Assembly: GCA_024626585.2 (NCBI GenBank)
Contig: JANKJI020000002.1
Coordinates: 270,136,899 to 270,159,780, forward strand
From: Ginkgo biloba
Lineage: Eukaryota > Plantae > Ginkgophyta
DNA length: 22,882 nt
Direction: 5' to 3'
Shown here: one piece after another, positions 1 to 12,199 of the stretch
How the letters are laid out: each line of letters opens with the position of its first letter
Numbering within the stretch: position 1 is the stretch's first letter
Made by a program: the position numbers and the translations under genes
The notes under the pieces: model-generated
Database searches by the model: none
Told to the model about the DNA's origin: nothing
The model's input: the letters and a program-made list of their open reading frames with translations, nothing else

Positions 1-49
1 TCTTGTCTCCTTTGGATTCTTTAAAAATATAATTTCTATTATTACCCTT

Positions 50-770
50 AAGATTAGGGCCATATATTTTAAAATTATTTCCTCCACACTTAAATAATCT
101 GATAGACAAGTCCTTGAAATATTTATAATTATCCCCATTCTTGGGGAAAAACTTCATCTTGTTTAAGAACTTATTACACGTATTAAACAAAGGTTTCTTG
201 GCCTATTGGGAATCTATTTTCTCTTTTTTTATGGATACTTTGTAGACACCTCTTGATTAAATTAGAATATTCCACTTTCAAAGCAATAGTTTATTCTTTC
301 TCTAAAGTTGGGGATGTCTTAACCTCAATATTTTATCTAATATGTGTCTTCAAACCCTACATGAAGGGATATACTCTAAAATGAATAGCTAATAAAATAT
401 AATCTAGTCATAAAAAGATCAAATTTATCACTGTAATACTAAATAATCCATATTTACTTAATAATAATCAATTGATTATATACTTCATGAAGGTCATTTT
501 TGGGTGCATAATTCCTTATCATGATTTACTTCATTTGTTCCCATGAAGTCACTTTTGGCCTTATATNNNNNNNNNNNNNNCTTATAATAACATTAGTCTC
601 CATAAGAACACCATTTACTCTTTAGCACATCCTTTTAAAGAAAAAATTAGCATGGGAACTTATGTTGTTTTAAAATCTCAAAAGAGGTGAAGTATATATC
701 TATAAATATTTCCCAAGAACAAAAAGAAGATCCCATTATTTGTCCATCAAATTTTGGTATTTATATATTT
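50..770 (-). pseudogene. gag: Degenerate Ty3/gypsy gag (retrotransposon gag domain plus decayed CCHC zinc knuckle), element A
   Basis: Hand translation of the minus strand gives, in the correct order, IPKFDGQ...F.SWEIFIDIYF (~760-690), SLKGCAKE, KVTSWEQMK*IMIRNYAPKNDLHEVYNQL...YSDKFDLFMTRL, FM*GLKTHIR*NIEVKTSPTLEKE*TIALKVE (~365-270) and IRLFKCGGNNFKIYGPN (~105-55, a decayed CxxCxxxGHxxxxCP). Multiple stops and frameshifts. Confidence 0.8.
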
Positions 771-1086
771 GTAATTTTATTAGTTGATCATAACAATTTC
801 CATTATTTTCTCTTCCTCTTGAGTTTAAATTCTTGATCTTTATCTAAATATCCCTCATGGTCTAGAGATTCTTCCATCAATGGTTCCCAATTAAAATGAT
901 CTTCTACAATTTAAATTGTAATCTCTTCTACTTCCATATATTTTCTTTTCCTTCTATGAGAATAAGTATGTGATAGATCCTCTTTACCTTTATTAAATTC
1001 TCTAATCTCACCACTAGTAGCTTACATGTTGATGTATTATTCCTTTAGATTGTCAATTATATACTTAGAATTAAATATCCCTCCAA

Positions 1087-1098
1087 GATATGATACCA
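1087..1098 (-). promoter_or_regulatory. Primer-binding site (tRNA-iMet type) of element A
   Basis: The minus strand reads TGGTATCATATC, a 10/12 match to canonical TGGTATCAGAGC, ~320 bp upstream of the gag relic on the same strand. It is preceded by ...TTATTA-TA-A, which could be an LTR end CA decayed to TA. Confidence 0.6.
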
Positions 1099-1099
1099 T

Positions 1100-1968
1100 T
1101 ATAATAACTTGGACCTAATTTACCTACAAAATAATACTATTAGATATGTAGAGTAAATCTTATAAAGTAATTGATATAATTATACTTTCAATGGTAAGAA
1201 ATAATCACACATAGAAAATTTTTAAACTTGTTACTAATATAATCCATAAATAGGGAAGTTAATGATAAGGGGGTTGTTAATACTGTGGTAAGAACTATAA
1301 CCTCTAACATTGGGCTATGGGAATTTCCTAAAGGTAACTTCTATATAGGAAACCAAACCTATGATGTAGAAATTCCTATGCCTTGTAGCTATTAATGATC
1401 TATTAATCTCTACCCTTTCATCCCATGCTAGATGAGGTTACTATATGTAGGTCTATATCTAATGTATTTTTGTATAAGGATAACCCTATACTTATATTTG
1501 AGTATCCACTCTCTTATTGTTATCATACTATTTGTAATAAACCCTAGGGGATACACCAATAGACCTTAGCTAGAAACCTTATAAATTCTTATTACTATAG
1601 CATCTATATATGTATACCTTATTTATGGATNNNNNNNNNNNNNNNNNNNNNNNNNNNNNNNNNNNNNNNNNNNNNNNNNNNNNNNNNNNNNNNNNNNNNN
1701 NNNNNNNNNNNNNNNNNNNNNNNNNNNNNNNNNNNNNNNNNNNNNNNNNNNNNNNNNNNNNNNNNNNNNNNNNNNNNNNNNNNNNNNNNNNNNNNNNNNN
1801 NNNNNNNNNNNNNNNNNNNNNNNNNNNNNNNNNNNNNNNNNNNNNNNNNNNNNNNNNNTTATGATTGCTACCAACCTATATTCAACACTATGGTTTTTTT
1901 AATTTAAGAAGGGAAATTATAGAAACTATATTGAGGAATTCACATAGCATTAATTGTTTATCACTACA
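1100..1968 (-). mobile_element. Candidate 5' LTR of element A
   Basis: Abuts the PBS. The left end TATAATAAC (1100) is TGTAGTGAC with three G>A changes; the right end TCACTACA (1961-1968) is the matching inverted terminus. Contains an N gap; no second LTR or TSD is available to confirm it. Confidence 0.4.
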
Positions 1969-2829
1969 TTATAAATAATCATAAATAACATAAAATAACT
2001 CTTTCACCAAGGATACCCTACCCGAAGGAGACTAAATCCATAAAATTAGGATTTAACTCTACTATATGGATATGTACAAGTAAGAAATATATTTTTTTTA
2101 GAACTTAAATAGAAAATTATAGAAAACATATTGATTTATGGTAGCATAAATTATTACTAGGTTAAGTTTGACCAAATACTTACCAATTTACCAACTTACC
2201 CTAATGGAAATATCTACCTATTACTTCTAATTACTTATATGGTATAAATTTCATTGTCCTACAATATTATGTCAAGGAATTTACCTCTATACATCTACTA
2301 GAGTGGTGTGTTCATATAGAATGGTATCTTGAACTTGCTAGAATTTTGTGTAACATTTTTTAGACAAATTATATATCACAATACATCCAAAAACCTTAAA
2401 AATACCTCTATTAAGGTAACCCTACATAAATAAAGATATATCAATGGTTACTAGAGAAAATTATACATTATAAGTTCATTATATATAAAATGGTATTATT
2501 CATTTATATGCAAAAAACTTATAGCATTAGAACACAACAGTTCACAATGATAAAAATAACTAGAAAATAGTTGTCCTTTTTCAAAAATGAATATTTCTCT
2601 CTCCTTTGTATACAAAAACTGTTATTAACTATAATGAATGGATTCAAATAGGAAACTTATCCTAGAGAACATATTTTAGTATCATTCTATATAAAAATCC
2701 TTTAGAATCGTGATTTTAATTGAAAACACCTGGCTCTTATGCTATGCAAAAATCCTACTTAGAAATGGTGACTTTTATGGATGAAAAAAATATGCCAAAG
2801 AGATATAATAATAAAGATAATGAGGGAAC

Positions 2830-3870
2830 CTATCATAAATAAGAGTAATAATTCCTAATAACTCATTTAAAACTCTATAAATTACTTATACAAGATAAAA
2901 TTCCTACACCAAACCCCACATAAGGTTACTTTTCGTGGATTTATCTTACCCCAAGCTTGTGGGTTGACCTGTCCAATAAATAACTCACACTTTTCTATAG
3001 ATGTATTTCCTATACTTAGTTAAATAGATTAACTCTGTCCAATATTTGTTATTTATAACCTCTTCAAAAATTCCAATAGCTACCAACTAAAGAGTCAATA
3101 ATAAATTATGGAATGTGAGGACAAGTAAGCCTTAGAATATTGAGACAAGATTCAATCTCACTCACTAAATGTGTAAATACCATACCATCACAAGTACTAT
3201 ACAATAAAATTCTAGTATCACTAGAAAATACTAATTCATTTGAGGCCAGAATAGACTAGTAATGCAACTTAGTTAGACAGCAGTGCCATCCATAAGAAGG
3301 ACAATGGTCAAGGTGACAAAGCCCACTATATATGGTGATGCTCCAAAGAAAGACCCACATATTTAGTAAGAATTTAAATTAATATCAAACACACTTGATC
3401 CAAATAAAATTGAACATAACTTAATTAAAATAAATAAAAAGAAATTCCATTGATATAATCACCATAAAAAATACCAAGATTATGAGAAAGTTAAGTCATT
3501 GAATAGTATATTATAATTTCAAGATAATACATATCATTTCTTTCATCCATAGAGATATGTTTATTCTCTTTACATAAATCATGGATCTTGAACTTATTTA
3601 TCACTCATTACACATGCATGATGTCCTTTGAATTATCCCCCAATCCTCCATAATCCCCTATCTATCTAATACCATCTCCTTATAAAACTTACTCTTTATT
3701 AGAAAAATGGATTTGACCTAATACATGTATTTTTAATTCATCCTTGTCCATTTATTCTAGGATTTAATGCTTCTTTCAAGTTTCTTCTACTTTATTTAAA
3801 TACTTTAATATATAATTCTTTCCATCATATTATAAATTCATATCTCTAAATTTGACTCTATCAAATCTTG
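2830..3870 (-). mobile_element. Highly degenerate L1-clade LINE ORF2 3' part (zf-RVT region, possibly the start of RNase H)
   Basis: Minus-strand motifs in L1 order: GDG..I..W (~3680-3640, cf. GDGxxIxFWxDxW), VFLWSIT (~3355, cf. KxFLW), FYCIVLVMVWY (3209-3177, cf. HLFFxCxxxxxVW), YWNF*RGYK*QI (3078-3043, cf. WxIWKERNxRIF), WGKIN (~2955-2940, cf. WxKINFDG). Each match is weak; the order supports the call. Boundaries are approximate. Confidence 0.5.
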
Positions 3871-6800
3871 NNNNNNNNNNNNNNNNNNNNNNNNNNNNNN
3901 NNNNNNNNNNNNNNNNNNNNNNNNNNNNNNNNNNNNNNNNNNNNNNNNNNNNNNNNNNNNNNNNNNNNNNNNNNNNNNNNNNNNNNNNNNNNNNNNNNNN
4001 NNNNNNNNNNNNNNNNNNNNNNNNNNNNNNNNNNNNNNNNNNNNNNNNNNNNNNNNNNNNNNNNNNNNNNNNNNNNNNNNNNNNNNNNNNNNNNNNNNNN
4101 NNNNNNNNNNNNNNNNNNNNNNNNNNNNNNNNNNNNNNNNNNNNNNNNNNNNNNNNNNNNNNNNNNNNNNNNNNNNNNNNNNNNNNNNNNNNNNNNNNNN
4201 NNNNNNNNNNNNNNNNNNNNNNNNNNNNNNNNNNNNNNNNNNNNNNNNNNNNNNNNNNNNNNNNNNNNNNNNNNNNNNNNNNNNNNNNNNNNNNNNNNNN
4301 NNNNNNNNNNNNNNNNNNNNNNNNNNNNNNNNNNNNNNNNNNNNNNNNNNNNNNNNNNNNNNNNNNNNNNNNNNNNNNNNNNNNNNNNNNNNNNNNNNNN
4401 NNNNNNNNNNNNNNNNNNNNNNNNNNNNNNNNNNNNNNNNNNNNNNNNNNNNNNNNNNNNNNNNNNNNNNNNNNNNNNNNNNNNNNNNNNNNNNNNNNNN
4501 NNNNNNNNNNNNNNNNNNNNNNNNNNNNNNNNNNNNNNNNNNNNNNNNNNNNNNNNNNNNNNNNNNNNNNNNNNNNNNNNNNNNNNNNNNNNNNNNNNNN
4601 NNNNNNNNNNNNNNNNNNNNNNNNNNNNNNNNNNNNNNNNNNNNNNNNNNNNNNNNNNNNNNNNNNNNNNNNNNNNNNNNNNNNNNNNNNNNNNNNNNNN
4701 NNNNNNNNNNNNNNNNNNNNNNNNNNNNNNNNNNNNNNNNNNNNNNNNNNNNNNNNNNNNNNNNNNNNNNNNNNNNNNNNNNNNNNNNNNNNNNNNNNNN
4801 NNNNNNNNNNNNNNNNNNNNNNNNNNNNNNNNNNNNNNNNNNNNNNNNNNNNNNTATTCTAAGCTCTCATGAGGATTTTAAATATTTTGAGTGGTAACTA
4901 TTGAGGCTATTACAAAATAGTTCATTTAAACTTCTTGGATAAAATTGGATGGTGTGGAGTGTTTCCATGTGGTATAGAGGATGAGGTTGTTACTAAGATG
5001 TCAATCTTGGGGGGATCAAAGTCACTCTCTCACATAATCAAAATATTTTATCATTTTTACTAGGATGTCCATCCTTCCACTATGTCACTCATTGCTACAC
5101 TATACAATTTTGTATGCCTTTCTCATTTAACAAAAATGCATAGTATTGCACTTTAACTTACATCATTAATCTTAAAAGAGTTATTCTCATAGACGAAACT
5201 TTTTGTGTTCTTGTGTCATTTCATTGATTTTTGATATTGCATAGCCTTTTGTAGCATGATAATCATGTGTGATATCATGCCTTTGTTATATCCATTCACA
5301 CCTTATGAATTATTATATCCTTTTATAATATTACAACTCATTATAAACTTATAACTGTATGTGATTTTGATAAATGTGTGTGAACTAAAGAAATTCCTCT
5401 AATAAGAAATTTTCTTAGTATAAATCATAGAAATTCAAGATTTTGAAGTGCAAATTAGAATTGTAGTAATCTAGGTTAGGTAGTTCCCCCTAAGACCCTA
5501 TTAGGGACTATATCCTAAGGAAACCACCAAGGGTTCCCTAGAATACCATTAGAAAATTTGGTCCTAGACCTTGTAGTCAAATAAGACTGGTTTTTATACC
5601 AATTATATGAATTTTATTACCTTTTTTCCACTACCTTATTACCATTTTTCCATTATTAAATAAAATATGATAAGCATCCTTCTTTTTTATATATAACTCA
5701 AAGCAATTAAATTCAAAGTTGGTATTGAAAAATAATAAGGTGGTACTAGTAAGGAAAAAGGTGGTACTAGAGAGAGACAAGGAAACTATCAAAGTAGTTT
5801 ATGGATATGATAGAACATGTGATGAAGAGGTATTAATATCACAAATGAATATACTACCCTAGCCTCCTAATCTGAAAATTGATATTTTGTCAATTTTTAA
5901 TAAAGTGCCAACTTGCAGTCTAAATTAGAGAAATCTGATTAGTTTGAAGTTAAAGGTCCTCAAGGAAGGAATTGTAGAGTTTTAAAAGATATTTACAAGA
6001 AAATTAATAGCACCAAAAATGGAGTTGTGGTTCTAAATGTTTTCTTCAATTTGGATCCAAGACCCTATTTCTGATACCTTTTTATAAAAGGCCAAGTTGA
6101 GGTTAAAATTCAAAAATATCTAAGCAGAATTCAATAAAAGGTACACAATGGAAAAGTTTAATTTTTTCTAACAACATTTAAAACAAGCCTAAGAGGACAT
6201 AAAATGGATTTGTAGATCAAAATATATGATATAGGTTATAACTACCTAAAAAATAATGAATTTGTTGTTTAGGCTAGAAGTTTGAGATTACCTAGAGTCC
6301 AACTTCTTTATTAGCTGCCAGATGTTGCTAATACCCTCATNNNNNNNNNNNNNNNNNNNNNNNNNNNNNNNNNNNNNNNNNNNNNNNNNNNNNNNNNNNN
6401 NNNNNNNNNNNNNNNNNNNNNNNNNNNNNNNNNNNNNNNNAATGTGTAAATAAGGTGTGCACATGGTAAATGTTTAAAAATGACATATAAATAAGGCATG
6501 TTTATATAATAAGAGCGATGAATGGAGTTAATAAGCAAAAAATAATACAAATATGAAATATGTGGCATAAGTTATGGAAGAATGAGTTGTAACAAGTGTT
6601 AGATATGGTATATAACTCCATAAATGTACGTAATAAATGATAAAATTTCATAAATGAATAATTCAAAATGGTATAAAAAAAGGTGATAGTAGAATCTCCC
6701 CCAAGTATTGAGGTATGCATGAATAGAGTGAATGAAGGGTTGAAAGTATTTATTAGGATCCCAATACACAAATAAACCACCACACTGAACCAAATTTATA

Positions 6801-8462
6801 CCAAATAAATGGAAATTATATAACATTAATGATTTGAACTATATGGNNNNNNNNNNNNNNNNNNNNNNNNNNNNNNNNNNNNNNNNNNNNNNNNNNNNNN
6901 NNNNNNNNNNNNNNNNNNNNNNNNNNNNNNNNNNNNNNNNNNNNNNNNNNNNNNNNNNNNNNAAAAATGTAATCTAACCAAATTATCAAAGAATAATACA
7001 CAATACTATACATGTCCTAGCCTCATGTAAAAAATATTATAAAATGATAATATAAAATCCATAAAAGTATGGACAAGTCCCATTGATAATGTAATCAAAT
7101 GTATGGTAATGTAAAATTAAAATATCATATAAGAATGGTAAAATGTCATGTCATGTAATACATATTAGAACATATGATAAGAATAAATGATGATTATGGA
7201 ATGTTGATGATGAATTAATAAATAAAAAACCATCTAATGTCATGATATCTCTTTGGAGGAGCACATGTAATGTAAAATCGTGTGTCATGATCCATGAATT
7301 AGGCAAAGATTCAAGTGGTACCAACCATGAAATAACTTCCCCAATACCAATACAAATAAAACTAATCACTATTGGAATTTGTAATATGACTATCAAATTA
7401 TGGATAAATAGAACCATAATTTAATAGTCATATTACAAACTAATCACATGCAATTTTGAATGCAACCCATACTGTTAATATGCATGTCACTGATATTACG
7501 CATGTAGTCCAATTTTTTATGATAGATAAGAGAGAGTTAGGGGTGNNNNNNNNNNNNNNNNNNNNNNNNNNNNNNNNNNNNNNNNNNNNNNNNNNNNNNN
7601 NNNNNNNNNNNNNNNNNNNNNNNNNNNNNNNNNNNNNNNNNNNNNNNNNNNNNNNNNNNNNNNNNNNNNNNNNNNNNNNNNNNNNNNNNNNNNNNNNNNN
7701 NNNNNNNNNNNNNNNNNNNNNNNNNNNNNNNNNNNNNNNNNNNNNNNNNNNNNNNNNNNNNNNNNNNNNNNNNNNNNNNNNNNNNNNNNNNNNNNNNNNN
7801 NNNNNNNNNNNNNNNNNNNNNNNNNNNNNNNNNNNNNNNNNNNNNNNNNNNNNNNNNNNNNNNNNNNNNNNNNNNNNNNNNNNNNNNNNNNNNNNNNNNN
7901 NNNNNNNNNNNNNNNNNNNNNNNNNNNNNNNNNNNNNNNNNNNNNNNNNNNNNNNNNNNNNNNNNNNNNNNNNNNNNNNNNNNNNNNNNNNNNNNNNNNN
8001 NNNNNNNNNNNNNNNNNNNNNNNNNNNNNNNNNNNNNNNNNNNNNNNNNNNNNNNNNNNNNNNNNNNNNNNNNNNNNNNNNNNNNNNNGTTTTAGAAAAT
8101 TGTACAAATTTGAGTTCAAAGGATCAAGCTTTGCATAAGGTTGTACCTTAGGACAAGTCTTGACCCTGTATAACTGAGTATCAAGTTATCAGTCCATCGG
8201 GCCTCTTAAGACATAAGGTGACACACCCAACAGACCCAACACTTATAGACTTGAAACCTGATTTAAGCATAATATTTGGTGCATTTTTTAGAAAAACAGG
8301 ATTTTCAAAGGGACGCCCACCTAACACTTATTAAAATTCTAATTTAATGGACCCAAAAGGTACTTAAGAAGAATTTTGGAATTGTTTCAGTTCTAGAAGG
8401 AGGAAAAAGGAACTGATTTAGTTCCAAAAACTCCCAAGAAAGGCCAAGAAGAACCATCAATA

Positions 8463-9239
8463 ATAGGTCAAGGAGATCCTAGCACCTCCAAGAATCCATT
8501 CAAACTTGAGGAAAAGGTGGAGATCAAACCTTATGATGGACAAATGGACCTAGAAAAGTTAAATAATTGGTTAAGGCATCTTAAACTGTATTTTAGCTAT
8601 TATGTATTTTTTTAAAAGGAGAAAATATATTTTTCCCAACTAAATATGGAAGGATATGCACTCTTATGGTGGGAGAGTTTATGCAAAGAAAGGTTCCTCA
8701 CTGAATTCCTCCCAGTGGTTGATTGGGAGGAGTTCAAGACCCTTGTTAAGTCTCAGTTTTACCCGATGGGTTATGAGGAAGAGAAATAGTTATGATGGCA
8801 TTACTTGAGAGAATGCCAAGGGCAATGAGTCTAGGCGTACACAATTGAGTTCATAAATAATTCTTTTAGTTAAATATTAACTAGGCAAACTAGAAGACAA
8901 TGATGAAGTACCTCCGTGGCCTACATAGTCATATAAATAAGGAAGTAATTATTTTTTTAGTAAAGACACTTGATGAGGCATGCAAGAAGGCCATGTATGT
9001 TGAGAAAAAACATGCTAAAATAATCGTTGAGATAGACATCACTTCTATGTCAGAAGAAAGAAAGACTCAAGTAAAGAAGGGGTTGAATCCTCCAAGAAAG
9101 AGAAAGTTTTCTCATATGACCCAAAAGGGAATTCAATGTGAGCACTACCATGTGCGTGGTCATAAGGAGCAATGCTGGAGATTGCATATTGATTTGATTC
9201 CAAAGAATAAAGATGGTAAAATATTCCTCATGTCTCATT
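8463..9239 (+). pseudogene. gag: Degenerate Ty3/gypsy gag with zinc-knuckle remnant, element C
   Basis: Translation from 8463: KNPFKLEEKVEIKPYDGQMDLEKLNNWLRHLKLYF...GYALLWWESL...DWEEFKTLVKSQFYPMGYEEEK*L*WHYLRECQGQ*V*AYTIEF. After a frameshift it continues into ORF 8900 MMKYLRGLHSHINKEV...KTLDEACKKAMYVE...CEHYHVRGHKEQCWRLH (CxxCxxxGHxxxxC-like). It runs into a 100-N gap. Confidence 0.88.
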
Positions 9240-9563
9240 NNNNNNNNNNNNNNNNNNNNNNNNNNNNNNNNNNNNNNNNNNNNNNNNNNNNNNNNNNNNN
9301 NNNNNNNNNNNNNNNNNNNNNNNNNNNNNNNNNNNNNNNTCCATAATTTTTTTTTTTTTTTTAGACTCTTTATTTATATTTTAGATATACTGATAATATA
9401 AAATAAATAACTAATGAATTAAAATAGACATAGCATTCCCATGAATGATGAGAAGGACACATAATATATAAGTTAAAATGAACCTTATGAAATAAATTCC
9501 CCCTCTATAAAATGTGATCTATGTAAAAGAGAGGGTGGAACAGGGGGATGGCACCTTTATCAC

Positions 9564-10508
9564 TCAAGTATAGAATCACTTCAGCAATGTCCCATTTATG
9601 GGATTAGTAAATAATGGGCCTTCCATGTGAGCCAAATGATAGGCACCCTTTTGTAAAACCTTGGTGACAATGAATTGACCTAATTATTGAGGCTTCAACT
9701 TATTGGGATTAAGATTATAAATGGCTTCATCAAAGAAAATAGCTAAATATCCTTCCTTAAATATATGATGAATAAACTTTCTATCATAGGAGATCTTTAA
9801 CTCACTTGGCATATACTCCAAATTATGTAGTTCTCTTAGATGATTTTTATCTAACTATTCAATTTTAGAAAGTCAAACTACATAATCATCAGTATGATAT
9901 GATTACTTTTGAAATATTATTCTTAATTATAGAATCCAATCTTAAATGGGAATGATATCTTATCATCAAAGTGAAATTAGTGGCCACTTTAGTATTTATT
10001 TAGTATGACCATAATGTAGACTATATCGTTGTGTGTTAGTCTAGAAAGTTTTCATCACTTATTCACTAAAGAATAGTCTTCAATATCTTGTTAAATGATT
10101 CCATGAGTCCATTTCCTTAGGGATAATATGATGAAGTTTTGGACTGATCAATTCCAAGTTTTTTGAATAGCCACTCCACCAACTCATTAATGAAATGAGT
10201 TCCTTTTGTCAAAAATAATGGCTAGTAATGGGATGTTAAATCTTATGACAATTTGGTTGAACACAGACATAGTAGTTTTTTTACCATTATCCCTTCCTAC
10301 TAACATGTACTTGACCCACTTTGTGAAATAATCGATGGAAATAATAATATGCTATTAACAAGTGCCAATAAGTATATTGAATAGCCTAATGAAATTAGTG
10401 CCCCATTTGTAAAAGGGGCCTACAATGACTTTATGATGTAATGGGGCCATATGTGTATGTTATCTTGAGATAAATTATTAACATAAAGCTTAAGGTTTGA
10501 TGAATTTA
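9564..10508 (-). pseudogene. pol: Degenerate Ty3/gypsy integrase (rve core plus C-terminus, Athila/Tat-type, no chromodomain), element B
   Basis: Minus-strand translation: FIKP*ALC**FISR*HTHMAPLHHKVIVGPFYKWGTNF...SIDYFTKWVK...IRFNIP...GTHFINELVEWLFKKLGI...SSYYP*GNGLMESFNKIL...LWSY*INTKVATNFT...FKEGYL...KLKPQ*LGQFIVTKVLQKGAYHLAHMEGPLFTNPINGTLLK*FYT*. These are hallmark integrase motifs with stops at conserved Q/W/R positions. Confidence 0.92.
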
Positions 10509-10603
10509 TGTTAATCCTTGATTAGGGTTGGATAATGACCACCTTGCATTGCTACGTACCCCAGTACTTAGCTCTTCTAATCCTTCTCTTCTACCTACAT
10601 CCA
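10509..10603. mobile_element. Stub of a probably younger insertion (LTR-like start TGTT) interrupting the integrase N-terminus
   Basis: Integrase homology stops at ~10508. The next ~95 bp begin TGTTAATCC, retain CG and CAG (GCTACGTACCCCAGTAC) unlike the flanks, and run into a 100-N gap. Confidence 0.4.
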
Positions 10604-10703
10604 NNNNNNNNNNNNNNNNNNNNNNNNNNNNNNNNNNNNNNNNNNNNNNNNNNNNNNNNNNNNNNNNNNNNNNNNNNNNNNNNNNNNNNNNNNNNNNNNN
10701 NNN

Positions 10704-11390
10704 AAAATGATGAAACATAATAATCTTATCTAATGGAGTTTCAACCACACCTAGTAACTTCAACAACTAGGATATTCATTCTAGACTTAATACAAAAGTT
10801 TAAGTATAGAGATGGTTGAAGGAGAACTTATCAAGTCTTCCAGTATGTCAAAATTAGATGATTATGTTATTTTCTTCTTATAATATATAAGTATAGTGCC
10901 TTAAGGCATAGTGGATAGATAAAGCTATGGGATATGTAAGGGAGTACCATTATTTATTTATTTTATGTGGAAGGAGTCTCTTGGGATTATTTATCCATGG
11001 GTCTAGTAATAAATATGGCATATTAATCTAGACCAAAATGCATAATGTTAGTAGAGGAAAATGGATTAGGCTTGGACAACATATTAGTAGTGGAAGGAGT
11101 TGAACTCCTAGGTGGATGAAATAGAATCTATGCCATAGGTTGGGACACTAATATGGAGATGTTGGATTATTTATATTTATGTGGTTGAATATATGGTAAT
11201 TGATATGTAGAAATAGGTTCATGTGAAGATTTTACCATTTGTACTATGGATGTCCAAGAAAAATGTCTTGAGTAGGATTAGGTCTAAGGCCATAGTCTTG
11301 CATATACTTGAGGGCCTTGGCCTAAGATTGATAGTCCTTATTATCATGGGTATTAGTCTCATAATAATATTGCCATATATTGGACTTACT
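10704..11390 (-). pseudogene. Gag C-terminus / pre-protease region of element B
   Basis: Minus strand: WQYYYETNTHDNKDY (~11375-11330, a decayed zinc knuckle), then SNFDILEDLISSPSTISILKLL (~10858-10795) and LLKLLGVVETPLDKIIMF. These resemble the region just before the protease in plant Athila/Tat-type gag-pol (recalled consensus, not searched). Same strand and correct order relative to the integrase. Confidence 0.55.
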
Positions 11391-11392
11391 TA

Positions 11393-12195
11393 GATTGGAA
11401 TAGTATTGGTTTTATCTCTTATTTTTACCCTAATTAATGACCAAGTTAGGAGACAATTAATATCAATTGAACGATCACAAGCCAAACCACTGCATGAATG
11501 GAAGGGGATTAAATATATTGAAGTGAAATCAATTATGCTCAGTAAGAAGTTAAGGAAAATAAAATCGAGGAAATAGATCTTAGTCTTAACCAATCTACTA
11601 TGAGAATCCAGACATATTACCATGGATATCAAATGCAAAGGATGAAACCTCTTGCAAAACTAAACAAAATAGTCAAGATCAAAGAACATGTGGATGATCT
11701 TAAACAATAAATTTTGAATCCTGAGCTTATTCACGAGCTTGAGATTAAAGGATAAAATTAGAGGAAGAATTAATGAAACCATAATAGGGATTCTCCTCCA
11801 ACTAGATGCCATTCAGGGTTTGCATACAGTGGTTAGAGACATTATAAAATATGTTGCATGGGAGATAGTGGAGTTGAAGAAGAATATTGATTCTTTATCA
11901 AACAAGTTAACTAATAACATTACTTTCCAACAAACTTCTGAAGAAAAAAAATCCATTAATGGAGGAAGTCCAAGGGTCCATTGAAGAAATACTTATGGAT
12001 GACATCAAGGAGGCATTATCTTACAATGGAGAACTTAGCCATATATTGAACTATTTATGGCTTAAAAGAACCTACGATGAAGCCAAGGGATTATCTTCTA
12101 TACCTTTTGTGTGGATCAACAAACCTCAATCTTTTCTTATGGAAGGATTTTTCTTCCATAACTATTCACTACTAAATTCCATATATAATTTATAA
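11393..12195 (+). other. Nested opposite-strand fragment with a decayed, unassigned, coiled-coil-like ORF
   Basis: Lies between two minus-strand gag segments. The plus strand reads as broken protein-like text (LINDQVRRQLISIERSQAKPLHEWKGIKYIEVK...; ORFs 11739-11984 and 11959-12195 are rich in E/K/L/I). No family recognised. Confidence 0.4.
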
Positions 12196-12199
12196 GAAA

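Noticed and set aside
5462-7545. Possible LTR(s) starting TGTAGTAATC and AT/CATG-rich sequence upstream of element C
   Set aside because: No matching terminus, second copy or convincing PBS (TGAGTATCAAG at ~8175 is a poor match). Probably repeat-derived but not classifiable.
9497-9507. Polypurine-tract-like AGAGGGGGAA on the minus strand after the integrase
   Set aside because: Not followed by a clear TG LTR start and unusually close to the integrase stop for this lineage.
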